Both the position numbers and the translations under genes were made by a program. This document shows positions 1 to 12,513 of a stretch of 64,000 nucleotides of DNA, one piece after another; position 1 is the stretch's first letter; each line of letters starts with the position of its first letter. Source of the DNA: Octopus bimaculoides (Eukaryota); NCBI RefSeq assembly GCF_001194135.2, contig NC_068983.1, positions 141,216,135-141,280,134 on the forward strand, read 5' to 3'. The notes beneath the pieces were generated by a model, which worked only from the letters and a program-made list of their open reading frames with translations, searched no databases and was not told the DNA's origin.

Positions 1-54
<54 letters not shown>

Positions 55-60
55 GCGTGT
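1..60. repeat. (GT)n microsatellite
   Basis: Directly visible GT run at the window start. Confidence 0.97.
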
Positions 61-919
61 GTGTCTGCCTATGTGAATGTAAGTTCAATATCCAATGTCC
101 CCAAGTCATTCCTTCATATATGCGTTGAGCTGCTCAGACAAACAGCATGGCTTACAGAGCATGGACAATCTCGTCGACGTCCAGCAATGTTTTTAACTCG
201 TAAAACAACTCATGCAAGCCCATTGTCCAGACTGCAACATATATCTTGACGTACCGAACAACTCTTCTTCTCAAACTGTAGCTAGTTGTTGTTGGTTCCA
301 GTTTTACAGAATCCTCTTCCCTCTAAATATCAGTAACGATAGCAGTAACCTCAAAGGGAATGTCTTCAATTCCTGACATTTGTGCAGCCAACTTTGCGCT
401 ACACTCGCTTTTCAAATCTCTTCAAATCAACCAATTTTACAGTAAAATAGCCTTCCCATTATATATACACGTACGGCATGCTTGAAAGTATTTTCGATCG
501 CTTCAAGCCACAGGCTATCATCTTTAGCAATGATTCTTCTGCTAATCTACACCCCTGTTTATATAGAATGGTATGTATTGTGCAAAACAACTAAATATAG
601 AATAACTTTATGTAGCCCAATTAAGAGGATAAAGACTATACTATATTTTGCAATCACACATAATAACGCAAACAGAATATATTTCAGTCCACCAAATCAA
701 ACTAACTAATTCTCTGATAATGTAATAATGGCCAATCGAATACTTGTTCAAAGCAAATTTACACCCGAAAAAAAATCAGAGAAAGCGTTGTCAGAGTTTA
801 AATCATATTCTGAGAACAACAGCAAAACCGTCTCGAATTATACTCGTTGATGATTATATCAACCTGATAATGGACAAGAAAATGCAAATATGTAATATAA
901 AAGCGACTGTCTGATATTA

Positions 920-1285
920 GCATCAACTTTAAACTTCACCCAAGTTTAGGACACTGTGCCACTCGTCTTCTACAAAATTCATGCCCGTGTTACATCACAA
1001 GATTAAGATAGAACTATTTTGCTTCAACTGGCCCTGCTCTCTTTAACATGATGCCAAGACACATAGAGAAGAAAAAGAATTCATAACATTCAAACCGTTC
1101 CTGGACGACTATCTCCAACACATTCCAGATAAACCACCCACACCCGCATATATCTCTGCAAGCATTAACACTTTACTTGAATGAGCTATGAAGCATAAAG
1201 AATGATTGTAATATGAACATCATGTAATGTCTTTTCCAGATGGTACTATTAAGCTAGCCATGACCTTGGGCCAATTTTAGCGGAA
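920..1285 (+). mobile_element. Decayed 3' end of a non-LTR retrotransposon ORF2 (CR1/L2/Jockey-group-like)
   Basis: Manual translation with one stop and one frameshift gives NFKLHPSLGHCATR...NYFASTGPALFNMMPRHI / FKPFLDDYLQHIPDKPPTPAY. This matches the GPxLFNxLP...FKxxLDxYLxxIPDxP pattern at LINE ORF2 C-termini. Clade assignment is uncertain. Confidence 0.6.
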
Positions 1286-1331
1286 ACTTTTCTAAATATG
1301 TACATACTGTATTGGTAGGTGTGTACATACT

Positions 1332-1365
1332 TAGGTAGGTAGGTAGGTAGGTAGGTAGGTAGGTA
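1332..1365. repeat. (AGGT)n microsatellite
   Basis: Directly visible. Confidence 0.95.
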
Positions 1366-1835
1366 TTTAAATATAACTTAATATAATGATTTAGCACTTA
1401 AATACTATGAAGATATATCCACCGAATCTAAGACCTCAATTTGTAACATCATTCAATTCTAATACATTGGTAGTTTGAAGCAATAACCTCAAATGAGATG
1501 AATTTACATATAGGTATAATATCTAAAATGAATGTTCAGAGCAAAATATTTAGAATGATATAAAGCAAATATTTCGCTGATATCTCATAGCCCTTTTCTA
1601 TATTCTACAGTTGAAAAACAAGCATCATCATACGTTTCCATTTTATTTACCATAGAAATATTCATATTTATTCAGATTCATTAATCGTGTGCTATTATGT
1701 GTTTTATATATATATGACGTACGTAATTTTATAGATTATGGAAATAGTTGAACGTTTTCTATGAAAATAGCTGTCGAACTTTGCATGAAATTTCGAAATA
1801 ACAGTGACATTTTTGCTATTTTATGATAGATAGAC

Positions 1836-1866
<31 letters not shown>

Positions 1867-1890
1867 GAGGAGGGGTAGTAAGACACTTAA

Positions 1891-1991
1891 ATGTGTGTGT
1901 GTGTGTGTGCGTACCTGCTTGCGTGTGTGTGTGTGTGTGCGTACCTGCTTGCGTGTGTGTGTGTGTGTGCGTACCTGCTTGCGTGTGTGTG
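1891..1991. repeat. 30-bp tandem repeat (gcgtgtgtgtgtgtgtgtgcgtacctgctt), 3+ copies running into a gap
   Basis: Three near-identical units (the first begins at instead of gc) are visible before the N-run at 1992. Confidence 0.9.
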
Positions 1992-2399
1992 NNNNNNNNN
2001 NNNNNNNNNNNNNNNNNNNNNNNNNNNNNNNNNNNNNNNNNNNNNNNNNNNNNNNNNNNNNNNNNNNNNNNNNNNNNNNNNNNNNNNNNNNNNNNNNNNN
2101 NNNNNNNNNNNNNNNNNNNNNNNNNNNNNNNNNNNNNNNNNNNNNNNNNNNNNNNNNNNNNNNNNNNNNNNNNNNNNNNNNNNNNNNNNNNNNNNNNNNN
2201 NNNNNNNNNNNNNNNNNNNNNNNNNNNNNNNNNNNNNNNNNNNNNNNNNNNNNNNNNNNNNNNNNNNNNNNNNNNNNNNNNNNNNNNNNNNNNNNNNNNN
2301 NNNNNNNNNNNNNNNNNNNNNNNNNNNNNNNNNNNNNNNNNNNNNNNNNNNNNNNNNNNNNNNNNNNNNNNNNNNNNNNNNNNNNNNNNNNNNNNNNNN

Positions 2400-2441
<42 letters not shown>

Positions 2442-3246
2442 TGTGTGTGTGTCTGTGTATGTGTGTGTGTGTGTGTCTGTGTGTTATATGTTTGTATGTG
2501 TTTGTCATCGAGTGTGTGTGTTTGTATGTGTTAATAGCAGTAATACTGATCCGAAGTGGTTTTTCTTGTCTTTCAGAATGTAATATTAGAAATGACATAT
2601 TTAGATAACCTTTCGAAAACTGAAAAATGTACATTATTATTTTTTTTTTTTTTCACTGGAAATTATTCTAAGGTTTTAATCTTGGTAATTAATACGAATA
2701 CAATACATTCTTCATTTTCATGTAAATTCACAGATATTCAGTGTTCAGCCGTTGGAATAAATCTTCAAATTCCAAGACAAATGGTACTTTGAGGAAACAA
2801 AAGTAACGTTCTTTAACTTTATCGCGTACAAATGTGCTATATTCACTTCTAAATAAGTCTAATGCGAAGTCAAGTAAATATTCAAATAGGTCGCCAAGCG
2901 AAAATACTGATTTAAGTATCGAGCTTCATGAAAATTCACCAAACGCTTTCTCTATGCTAACGATATAACTTCCAAACGCCAATGAATATCATTAAAGCCA
3001 CACACATATAGCTTGGCTTATTATTTGCTCAAAACAAGTGAGAAGCGGAAGAGAAATTCTGTGCTCACACTGAATGAATACTTAAATGTGACTTCTCTAT
3101 AGTGTTACAAGAATTTTGATACATATCAAGCACACACAAATACAAACACATAGTTTAATAACCATAAATGTAAGAAAGAGTATAAGACAACATACTCCAT
3201 AAATAATAATTCCAAATTCAGCAATAAAATTTCTCCCAATCAATTA

Positions 3247-4521
3247 CGAGGAGTGTTCATTAAAGATTTTACCCGATCTACTTCCCAAGGTTTGGGATGA
3301 ACGAAACTTGGCATAATTATTAGTCCTTCTCTACATAGCCATCATCAATGGTGACACACTTCTCTCATTTCTTTATGCGGCTGTGAAGACCTCATCTGTA
3401 GAAGTCGGTAGATTGCGTCTGGAACCAAGACTTTACCTCGGAAGTAAGTTCAACATCATCATCCGAAAAATGTTTCCCCTTCAAAAAAGACTTTATGGTT
3501 GGAAAGAGATGGAAATCAGACGATGTGAGGTCGGAAATGTAAGGGGGATGAGAAAGGATTTCATAGATTCAGGATGTGTGCTTTCATCTGAGTAACATGC
3601 ACATTATGAACTGGGATGTTGTCTTAGTGGAGGCTGATTACTTTGGTCAGCATGCTACGCCTCACTACTTTGATGGTGTCCCGCAATTTCTACAGCAGAG
3701 AAGCATAATATGCCCCGTTAATTGTGGTGCTCTTCGCCAGAAAATCCATCACCACTACTCCTCGCTGGTCCCAAAAAGACTGTGAGTAACACCTTACTTG
3801 CTGAGGGTTGGATGCGAGCCTTCTTTAGAGGTGGTGAATTATCATGCTTCCATTGCTTCAACTGGACTTTAGTCCCAGGATCATAGTGATGAACCCACGT
3901 TTGCTGCTGTGTGATAAGTCTGCCGAAAAAGTCCACCTCGTTTTTTTTTGGCATATTGCCAAAAGAGCCTTTGGAGCAATTGACTCGCTCCTGTTTCTGA
4001 AAAGGTATGAGTATCCGGGGAATCCATTGAGTAGACAATTTTCGCATATGCAAATGGTTGTGAATGATTTTTTTTCCACGGACCCTTATTTTACCTACAT
4101 TTCTTTGGGTAGTTGCCGAATAGTGATGTGGTGATCCGCCAAAACGGCGGCTTCAACTTTATGGATAGTGCCGTCATCAATGGCGGAATGTGGTCATCCA
4201 ATAATAGGAACAGTTTCCACCGATGTCCGACCACATTTGAACTGGCGATACCAGTGTTTTACTACCTCGTATGATGGTGCATCGTCACCATAAACTTATT
4301 TCATCTCATCGAAAGTCTCTTTTGGTGTACGACCTTTCAAGTATAAGAATCTGATCATTGATCTGCATTCACCTGCTTCTATTATAACACCTTAGTCGAC
4401 CTCAGCAGCCGTAATAGACGAACAAATACTGGTGGAAAGCTGCAAATTACAATGTGACATGTAGAGACAAGTACAATAAACGGAAGTGGGTCACATAAAA
4501 TCTTTAATGATCACCCCTAAG
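3247..4521 (-). mobile_element. Full-length mariner DNA transposon (Himar1/irritans-like), decayed
   Basis: Imperfect TIRs of about 26 bp: cgaggagtgttcattaaagatttta at 3247 and the reverse complement cttaggggtgatcattaaagatttta ending at 4521. TA on both sides (3245-3246, 4522-4523). Length 1275 bp, with an internal transposase remnant. Confidence 0.92.
3320..4382 (-). pseudogene. Mariner transposase pseudogene (multiple stops and frameshifts)
   Basis: Translation gives ECRSMIRFLYLKGRTPKETFDEMK*VYGDDAPSYEVVKHWYRQFKCGRTS (HTH region), HLHMRKLSTQWIPRIL (WVPREL motif), TWVHHYDPGTK and PYISDLTSSDFHLFP (YSPDLAPSDF motif). The first catalytic Asp is lost. Confidence 0.9.
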
Positions 4522-5410
4522 TATGACTGTACAAGCTATGTATGACTGTACATTTTACGTTCAGAGATTTCAATGAACATGCACAGAGAATAGAGTTTCT
4601 CTATTTAGGTAGTGTCATAAAATTTATTCTTTGTTGTTCACATTACTATGGAGTACGTAAAATATACAATCTTACTTAGCTTGCGCGACAAAGCTAAATC
4701 GTGATCTCTAGCTCAGACATAAAATAACACCTTTAGGAAGAATGACATATAGATTTAAATACATTACACTACTTGTCCTGAATGCTTTTATCGTAGATCT
4801 CAACAGGATTTTAGCCCCAGATATAAAAGCGGTTGAAGTAATTGTACAACCGAAACAAAATTGCCATCTATTTCATAACTAACGCTCTAATTATTAAAAG
4901 AATAACGTAGCATACAAAATTCTTACATTTAATATCCGAGATAAATACCTGCTTTTTTAAACATATTTTAATTATTAGGAACGGTTCCTCTCATGTAAAA
5001 TCAAAACACGCATCATATATTAAACTTGATTTCCTTAATCTCTTAGAAAGTACAAACAATTTACAATAAAACAATGTGGTGTATTCTATACCAGGCAATC
5101 TAGACCACAAAAAATACTAATTTTGCAAACGGAAATGCAAAATACATGATGCACTGTGCATATATGGAACTATATATATCATGCATCAAAATGTTTTGTT
5201 TTTAAGAACACAGTGGTATGGCTGTGTATATCTGCGTGGGTTTCACTACGTTAATACATGTGCCCATTTAAATGTGATAAATGTAATCAATGTAACCGAA
5301 AAAATTGTACTATACGCCATATTGCACCGTTGTACGCAAGCTTCATTGTAACGCATTATATTTCATATTGACAAATACGACGTTACTTGGAAATGTTGAC
5401 ACATACTCAC

Positions 5411-5483
5411 AAACATCCTTGGTGAGATGATGTAGTCGGAAATATAATAAACTTCAGTGTATATCAAACTTGATAATTTACAT
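5411..5483 (-). CDS. Candidate 73-nt internal exon (CKLSSLIYTEVYYISDYIISPRMF), unassigned
   Basis: Minus-strand acceptor catttccattgtttag and consensus donor ttt|gtgagt. One open frame. No homology recognised. Confidence 0.25.
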
Positions 5484-7368
5484 CTAAACAATGGAAATGT
5501 TAATATTAATTAGTGTCTGTGAAAGTTTCTTGATCACAAGGTAATCAAGAACCCCGTACAACCAGGGTATCATTTATTTACAGCATGATACACAATATCG
5601 AAATGAGTTTTCTCTGATCGTAAAATTATTCTTCTCTTAATGCGTAATACTGAGAAAATGCTCACAATCTGAAACTACAAGTCGAACACCAGAAGAGATG
5701 ATCAACAGGAAGTTTATTACGGCTCAACAGCGAACAATAGATGGCATAAAAATTTTTAACAGATTTTATGAGAGACGAAAACTAAAGATTAAACTCCTGC
5801 GGTCAAGAAGAAATAATGCCTAAAGGCTTTCATTTATATGCACCTCGGTCACTATTATAGAAATAAGACATCATTGTGTTGAGATGTTTTCTGTGTTGAA
5901 AGCCGTCCTTATATTTGTTTTATTCAAATATGGAAAGTATCTACTATTTTCCTTAATGAAAAACAGACACATATCATCAATCAAACATTTTTAGAACAAC
6001 CTAAAGTATCAATCTAATAAAGCAAAAATAATAGCCTGAGTAATAAGCTTTATTCAACACAGACATGGCTTCTGAGCTAGATGGCCATCTAACTCTTCTG
6101 CAAAGTCATGCAAAGACAGCTTCTTTGACTTCTGAAAATACATATTCTTCCAAAACTATTGAAATGTTGTGCAACTGCCAAAAATGCTGAAAGAAGCAAT
6201 GCAAATGACACAATCAGGGAATTATATGCCGCTATAGTATACAGAAAAATGTTCAAAGATATAAGAGAATTATATGAACAGCATCAACAAAATACTTTAG
6301 AAAAACCGAGGTTGTCTCTAGACATACAAACAAATGTTCTCACAGATATATAGCCTATGTTTCTATGCAATTCCAGCGAGGAAACATTTTAATCCATGTG
6401 AGAAGTGTGCAGTTTTGCATTTGGTATCATTCTAAGATTTCCGACTACAAGAGTCAGGCACACCAGAAATCGAGTCATATTTAACGCACAGTGGAAATTT
6501 TAAGCCAATCAGCAATTTTATTTTGGTGTAGTGTTAACAAACCCAACATTGTAGGAATTTACATTTTCAGAATAAATTCAGGACCAGAAACTAGGCATGA
6601 GGTTTTGTGATTGAATAATATAATCATTTGCATTGCCTTTTTTCTTGATTATCAACAGATCACAGGAACATGATGGAGAAGGTTTTTGTCTTTTGATATC
6701 CTGTTCTTGGTCATTTCAGTTTGTGTCTCTTCGTTTGTAAACAATCACATTTAGTGTGATATTTCTATTGAGACATAACGCTAGACAATTAACATTTCAG
6801 CTTCGCGCTGGTCACTTGTGATGGAAAACAATGCTGCTACCTGTCGCTAATATTTTTATCTGTAAACAATTCGCTTTTGTTTCAATAGTACTTTTTCAAA
6901 TATTAAAAACATGCTATTACGCTATATCAGTCACTATGATTATCGATTTTACGCTGTTACACACCTAAAAACAATTGATCATACACAAACACTTAACTGT
7001 AAGTAACAATACTATATCACACAGCAGCCATTTTAACTCATTTGGTTACGACATAAGCAGCTTTGGATTTGGCACCGTTCTAAAATTTGGATTCACAAAC
7101 TGAAGTAGAAAATATATCTAGATCAACAAACTTATAACATTTTCAAGTAGGCCGTGGTATCTATTTTGGTGCTGTCTGGGTGATTCGAGTATTACATGAA
7201 CTTAAATTTTGAGAATAATATTGAGAATGAGAATTTCGCCAAGGAACATTTTTGTCATCAGACATTCGAATTCTCATTTTCTACATTTTCGTAATTTCCT
7301 CAACAAAGGAGACACTGTCAATTAAAAGTCTGAGTAACATTAGCTAATAAGCAATATTGATTTTTTGA

Positions 7369-7433
7369 AATATTTTGCCATGAATATGATTAAACAATAT
7401 TTTGCCATGAATATGATTAAACAATATTTTGCC
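7369..7433. repeat. 27-bp tandem duplication (2.4 copies)
   Basis: aatattttgccatgaatatgattaaac twice, plus a partial copy. Confidence 0.9.
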
Positions 7434-7442
7434 TTTATTCAG

Positions 7443-7478
7443 AGTTATCCTCTACTAGCAATTTATTTACGACACTTG
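7443..7478 (+). CDS. Candidate 36-nt symmetric exon (SYPLLAIYLRHL), unassigned
   Basis: Acceptor tttgcctttattcag, donor ttg|gtaaac, open in phase 0. Splice-signal inference only. Confidence 0.18.
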
Positions 7479-8941
7479 GTAAACAATCTATCATGTTAGA
7501 GAAATATTATATATCTTATATATCTATATTTGATTATGTTTTTTTGCTTTATGCGTATATCAACTTTAGTCAAAATGTAACTTCATTTCGCTGTTTAATT
7601 TTATCTAGTTTTGTCTTTTTCGTTGAATATTTAGTTTAGATTCTTTAAAATCCAATTATACTTATTAGCGTGATTAAATAATTTTGATACAAGAGATATT
7701 CTTTTTGTCTTCTCTCCCTGTCATTTTGCTCTTAAATTTAAATACCACTTCCTTCGCTGAAGATATATTGAGAAATGTTTTCATTAATCTCTCAGCTTTG
7801 CTTCATTGAATTTTCTGTAGAATAATCTATAGAATAGCTTATGCATATAAAGTAGATTGCGTGTTTACAGCAGTGTTTCTGCTTATTGTGTGTATAAACG
7901 CCGTAGGAAAACGTCTCCACGCAAGGATCATACTCCACGTAGGAGGATCTGTAATTACTTCGATATTTTTACACCTCTTCCTGCACTCCCTGTCTTGCTC
8001 ATTGCATTAAAGTAGTACTACTTGTTGTGGACATGGGAAGACCTGTGGTGCGACTGGCAATGTTATGGTACAGAGCCCTCAGAAGCTCTGTTGACTTTAA
8101 TATTCCTACTGCAAATTAAAACAGATTGTCATGAGCTAGTCTGACATGAAGGCAGTAAAATCTACAGGAAGAACATCTTGACGTTACAATTTTCCCATTT
8201 CACAATCGCCCTATAAAACCGCTTAAATAAGCATTGAAATTCATCTGTTCTTCTCCGATTCCTTCTGAGGTTAGTATACTGAAAAACTGCACATATTTGT
8301 TTAGGATAAGGTAACTCATACCCACTGCAGTTCACCGAAGAGTCAAGTCAGACTTTGTTGAACTATTCATTCGTTCTCTTGGTCCGTATTTATATTTTTC
8401 TGCCTCTATTTTTTTTTCGTCTCCATCTTCAACCCAGCTTCATTCGCTGTTGTTCATGAAGTACTGGATATCGTACCATAGGAATGGCGCTGAGTGCATA
8501 TTTGATCAATATACATACATCTACTCACACTCACACGATTTCATAATGCATATGTGTGTGGGGGTATATATGTGTGTATACATTTGTATATGTATGTGTG
8601 TGCAGATATTATATTTTATTTAATATGTTCCGAATAGCTTAATAAATTTACGTAAACAATGTGAATTTTTATCTTTATCTTTTCGTTTCTTTCAATTTCA
8701 AATTTAAATATTTACATTCACTAAAAAAATTATTTAAAAGCTATTTTTATCTTCATAAGAATATACTTTAATATCATTTACAAAAATCTTTTGTTAAACA
8801 TACATCTTGATATTTTTTTTTTGGGGCATACGATCTGCTGAATGTTAGTTGATTTCCTGAAAATTATATAACATAAAATCGTATTAGAGCTGTCCGTAGC
8901 AGAATAAATAGAATGCTGAAAAAACTTATTTGCGGCTCTTT

Positions 8942-8943
<2 letters not shown>

Positions 8944-8992
<49 letters not shown>

Positions 8993-9041
8993 NNNNNNNN
9001 NNNNNNNNNNNNNNNNNNNNNNNNNNNNNNNNNNNNNNNNN

Positions 9042-9096
<55 letters not shown>
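8944..9096. repeat. (CT)n microsatellite spanning a gap
   Basis: Directly visible on both sides of the 8993-9041 N-run. Confidence 0.95.
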
Positions 9097-9099
<3 letters not shown>

Positions 9100-10134
9100 A
9101 ATAATGAGTTCAAATGGCGGCAATATGGCTTTTTTCGTTTTATTTTTATATTTTACCCTTAATTTACGGGTCAATAAATTAGGTACCAATCAAGTAGCGT
9201 CAAGATATATATAATTTTAATACTTAGCTTTTAATCTCACACCAAAAATAAGCCGTATTTTATCTCCGTAAATAACCTTACTAGTTCAAAATTCTATTTT
9301 TATTGCATAATTTTACTGCACAAATGAGCGCAGTTTTTGTGGCTGGGAAACTTTCAACATTTTGTTTGATTATGTATTTTTCTTATGTTTTCAAGACTCG
9401 CTATAAGATGTATACAATAGCTACAAGTGCTAGTCTTTCTATATCGAATACATACTCAAAAGCTGGCGTTTTAGTTCGTATATTTGCCCGTATCTCATTT
9501 TAATATTATGGGGCTTGATTTTCTTTTCATTAACTACATTTTTAAATAATTGGTTACAGCCCTTATACTCAAATAGGTTTTTCTATATATTTATCAAAAA
9601 ATATGTATATGAACATTTGTAGGAAAGCCATGTAGTAATCGGGAAACATCTTCTTTTGACGATCATTGTAAATAAGGATTGGTTTATTTGGCTTTAACTC
9701 CATTTCTGTATGAATTTGCATAGCCTAGATTATGGTCACTTTGACATTGTCTGAGAAATGCTATAGAATGTGATTGTGCCATTATTTACACGGGTGACGT
9801 TTTCTTAATATTATAATTTTGGCATAATTAGCAATCTAAGAAATCTTCAGTACTCTTATATTTGTACATGCGCGCGCATATCTCGCTCTAGTCTAAGGAC
9901 CCTCCATGTTTCTTTTCGTTCGGTTTCCTTGTATGTCTCCACTGTCATGTTTTTCTTCCACACTTTGACCCTTCATAAATTTCACAAATCCTAAACTTTC
10001 TTTGAAAACTCATATTGTCTCTGTGTTTACTTGTCCTGTTTTCCATCTTTTTTCTGGTTGTTTAGGTATTTAACTTGTTTGTTTAAGTATTTCATGTTGT
10101 TTGCACCGTTGGTGATGTCCTGTACCCATATATG

Positions 10135-10485
10135 TGGTGGGTGTTGGTGATATTTTATTATAGCAGGCTTAGAACGGTGGGCAGCTGGGAGAGGACCTAA
10201 CATAAATTAAGGATAAAGAAAGAATAAAGAATTCAAAAGTAAAGGTGAAGAAAAATAAATGCATACAAGTCAAATAGGCATAGGGTTGGGGTTTAGGATT
10301 CGCTAACTAAAGCTAAAGGATAAAGGGAGGAGGGCGGAGATACACAGAATTTAGGGGTGTTCTGTGGATATTGGTTGAAAGTTGGGGGAGGGCACGAATC
10401 TTCACCCTTAACTTGTATAAGGTCCTCTTCCAGCTACCCACTGCACTAAGCCTACTATAATAAAATATCATCTACACCCCACTCC
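10135..10485. repeat. Inverted repeat, arms of about 70 bp (10135-10204 / 10413-10485), spacer about 210 bp
   Basis: tgatattttattatagcaggcttagaacggtgggcagctgggagaggacct pairs with aggtcctcttccagctacccactgcactaagcctactataataaaatatca. About 80% identity by eye. Confidence 0.85.
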
Positions 10486-10799
10486 AGCCTACCAAAATCC
10501 AGTCTAGCAGACTCTTGTCTCACCCGGGTCATGGACCTTAGATATCATTTTACACCCTTTCACAAACTATATTTTTAACCTCAACAGCCAATTTTGTTGG
10601 TCGTTCTTCCATCTCATAGTTGGCCTCGACAGACTTCAGCTACGTCTCTACTGTATTCTTGGGTTATTAGGCTATTATTTTGCTTGTAAAATTACGTTTC
10701 ATCTGACGATTGCAGTTTTTTTTTTAAATGTATACATAGCTAGGGAATTGGGGAGTTAGAATTAAAGCGATTGTATCTTCAGGCCCTCCTCCATATTCT

Positions 10800-11200
10800 G
10801 CATTTACTGTCTAGTCTTGTTATTTTCTTTGACTTCTCGTTTAGAATATCATTCCTGTAACATATTACAGTGACAGCAAAAGCCTTTGTGCCTTGTACCT
10901 ATTACATTATTTTTTTGCACATAGTTCTGTTTGAAATATGATTTTAAAGATGATTTTAAAAACTGTTTTGGATGTCCTACATTGTTAACTATTTTTTTTT
11001 GGGGGGGGGGGGGTTTATATAGTATTATATTTATAATTGGTGAATGAAGCTGTTATCCCATACCTTCACACAGTATTTCTGAGAAGGCAACGTATATTAA
11101 ACGATATAGAGTGTCTAAAATTATACAGAATGTGTCTTCCTTGCCATGTTTGCTCTCACAGTTTTGTATTTGGGGTTTACAACTAATTTTGGAGTTAAGT
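10800..11200 (-). mobile_element. Highly decayed R4/Dong-like LINE RT remnant
   Basis: Minus translation IFQTELCAKNNV*VQGTKAFAVTVICYRNDILNEKSKKITRLDSKCR resembles the R4/Dong post-RT segment (LKSELxAxNKIxAINTxAVPV...LDRKTRK). Confidence 0.35.
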
Positions 11201-11329
11201 ATCATATCTAGTATTTCATTTATATATTCTCTTTCTAAAATATATACTCTTTCTATAACATCACTTGTACTTGAATTTTAGTTTACGATTCTCAAATACC
11301 CTTTGATTAAATTTGATGATATTCAAACT

Positions 11330-12050
11330 ATGATACTTTTGTATCTTCCCAAAGCATTTCTTTGTGTTATCTAAAAGTGCTAAAGCCAGGCTGATCACAA
11401 GCGGGGTAGAGGATTTTCCTTCCACTTTTATTTGAGATTGCGTTTTCATTTTCAGTTGTATGTCTTCAACTCAACTGTATCTACAGAAATGCTTGTCATG
11501 TGCTGAGCACGTATGTTTAACGATCCTGCTTATTATTGGTTTCACGATACCTGGATGGGTACCGCGGTCCATCGTTTTCCGGTAGTCAGTCCAATCTTCT
11601 GTTAGAATATTTCGTCTCCTCAGCTTCGATTACTGTTGGTGAAAAATAGTTGACGTACAGAGCCATGAAACTTAACACCACTCTTGTTTTTGTTTAGTGG
11701 TTGATTCTTTTTGAATATATTTATTTTACGGCATAGTTTTATTGTAGTTATGAGATTTGTAAGATGTAATGAGCCTAAATTAATGGGTGATACATTTTAG
11801 GGATTTCCGTTTCCTTTGACACAAAGATTATTATTTATTTACAATATAGTGCTAAATGATTTTGCAAGTGCTTTAGATATTCTGATAGAATATTTCTACC
11901 AGTGATGTGTGATTTTATGATTTTCTGGTTGACGCCTCCAAATGTTCGTTGCTTCTATTATCTGGAATGCGTCTTGAATTCGTTAGGCTCTCAGTGATTA
12001 TTCGAGTGATGGGTTTGTTGTTATGAATAGACTCTTCTGTAATGATTCCT
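11330..12050 (-). mobile_element. Possible Penelope-like element linker/GIY-YIG remnant
   Basis: Fragmentary minus translations ..SLCQRKRKSLKCIT.. and ..QKIGLTTGKRWTAV.. resemble PLE KRQPKSLK and YIGxTxxxLRxR motifs. Many stops. Confidence 0.28.
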
Positions 12051-12455
12051 TCACTTTTCTACATTACTTCTTAGAATAATTCATTATCTTTTCGCTTGTC
12101 TTGTTTCTCTGATCTCTATCTTTACATACTTCTTCATAAGTTTCTATTTCCTGTTGCATTAGAGCTACACATGACTTCTGTTTTTGGGGTAGGAGGGAGC
12201 TATTTTGCCACAAAGAATCCTTGTATTCACATACTGATGCATTTTATTCTTTACGCTTATTGAAGATCCATTGCTTCAGAATTGCGCTGATTTCACACGC
12301 TTGCCTTTCTTGCTTTATTTATATATTTTATTTCTGTAGTAGTTTTCTTTAATTTTTATATTATATCTACTCATTGCTGCATTCAATAATGAATGATGTA
12401 TCTTAAATTTTACTTTTACTCTTTCTCTGCATATTTATTTCGACGATGCTTGGTA

Positions 12456-12459
<4 letters not shown>

Positions 12460-12511
<52 letters not shown>
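12460..12511. repeat. (AT)n microsatellite
   Basis: Directly visible. Confidence 0.95.

Positions 12512-12513
<2 letters not shown>

Noticed and set aside
7225-7280. Possible hammerhead ribozyme (ctgatga...gaaa on the minus strand)
   Set aside because: Only stem III can form. Stems I and II do not pair.
8305-8310. 6-nt microexon (gataag) between tttgtttag and gtaact
   Set aside because: Short pyrimidine tract. Such pairs are expected by chance in AT-rich DNA.
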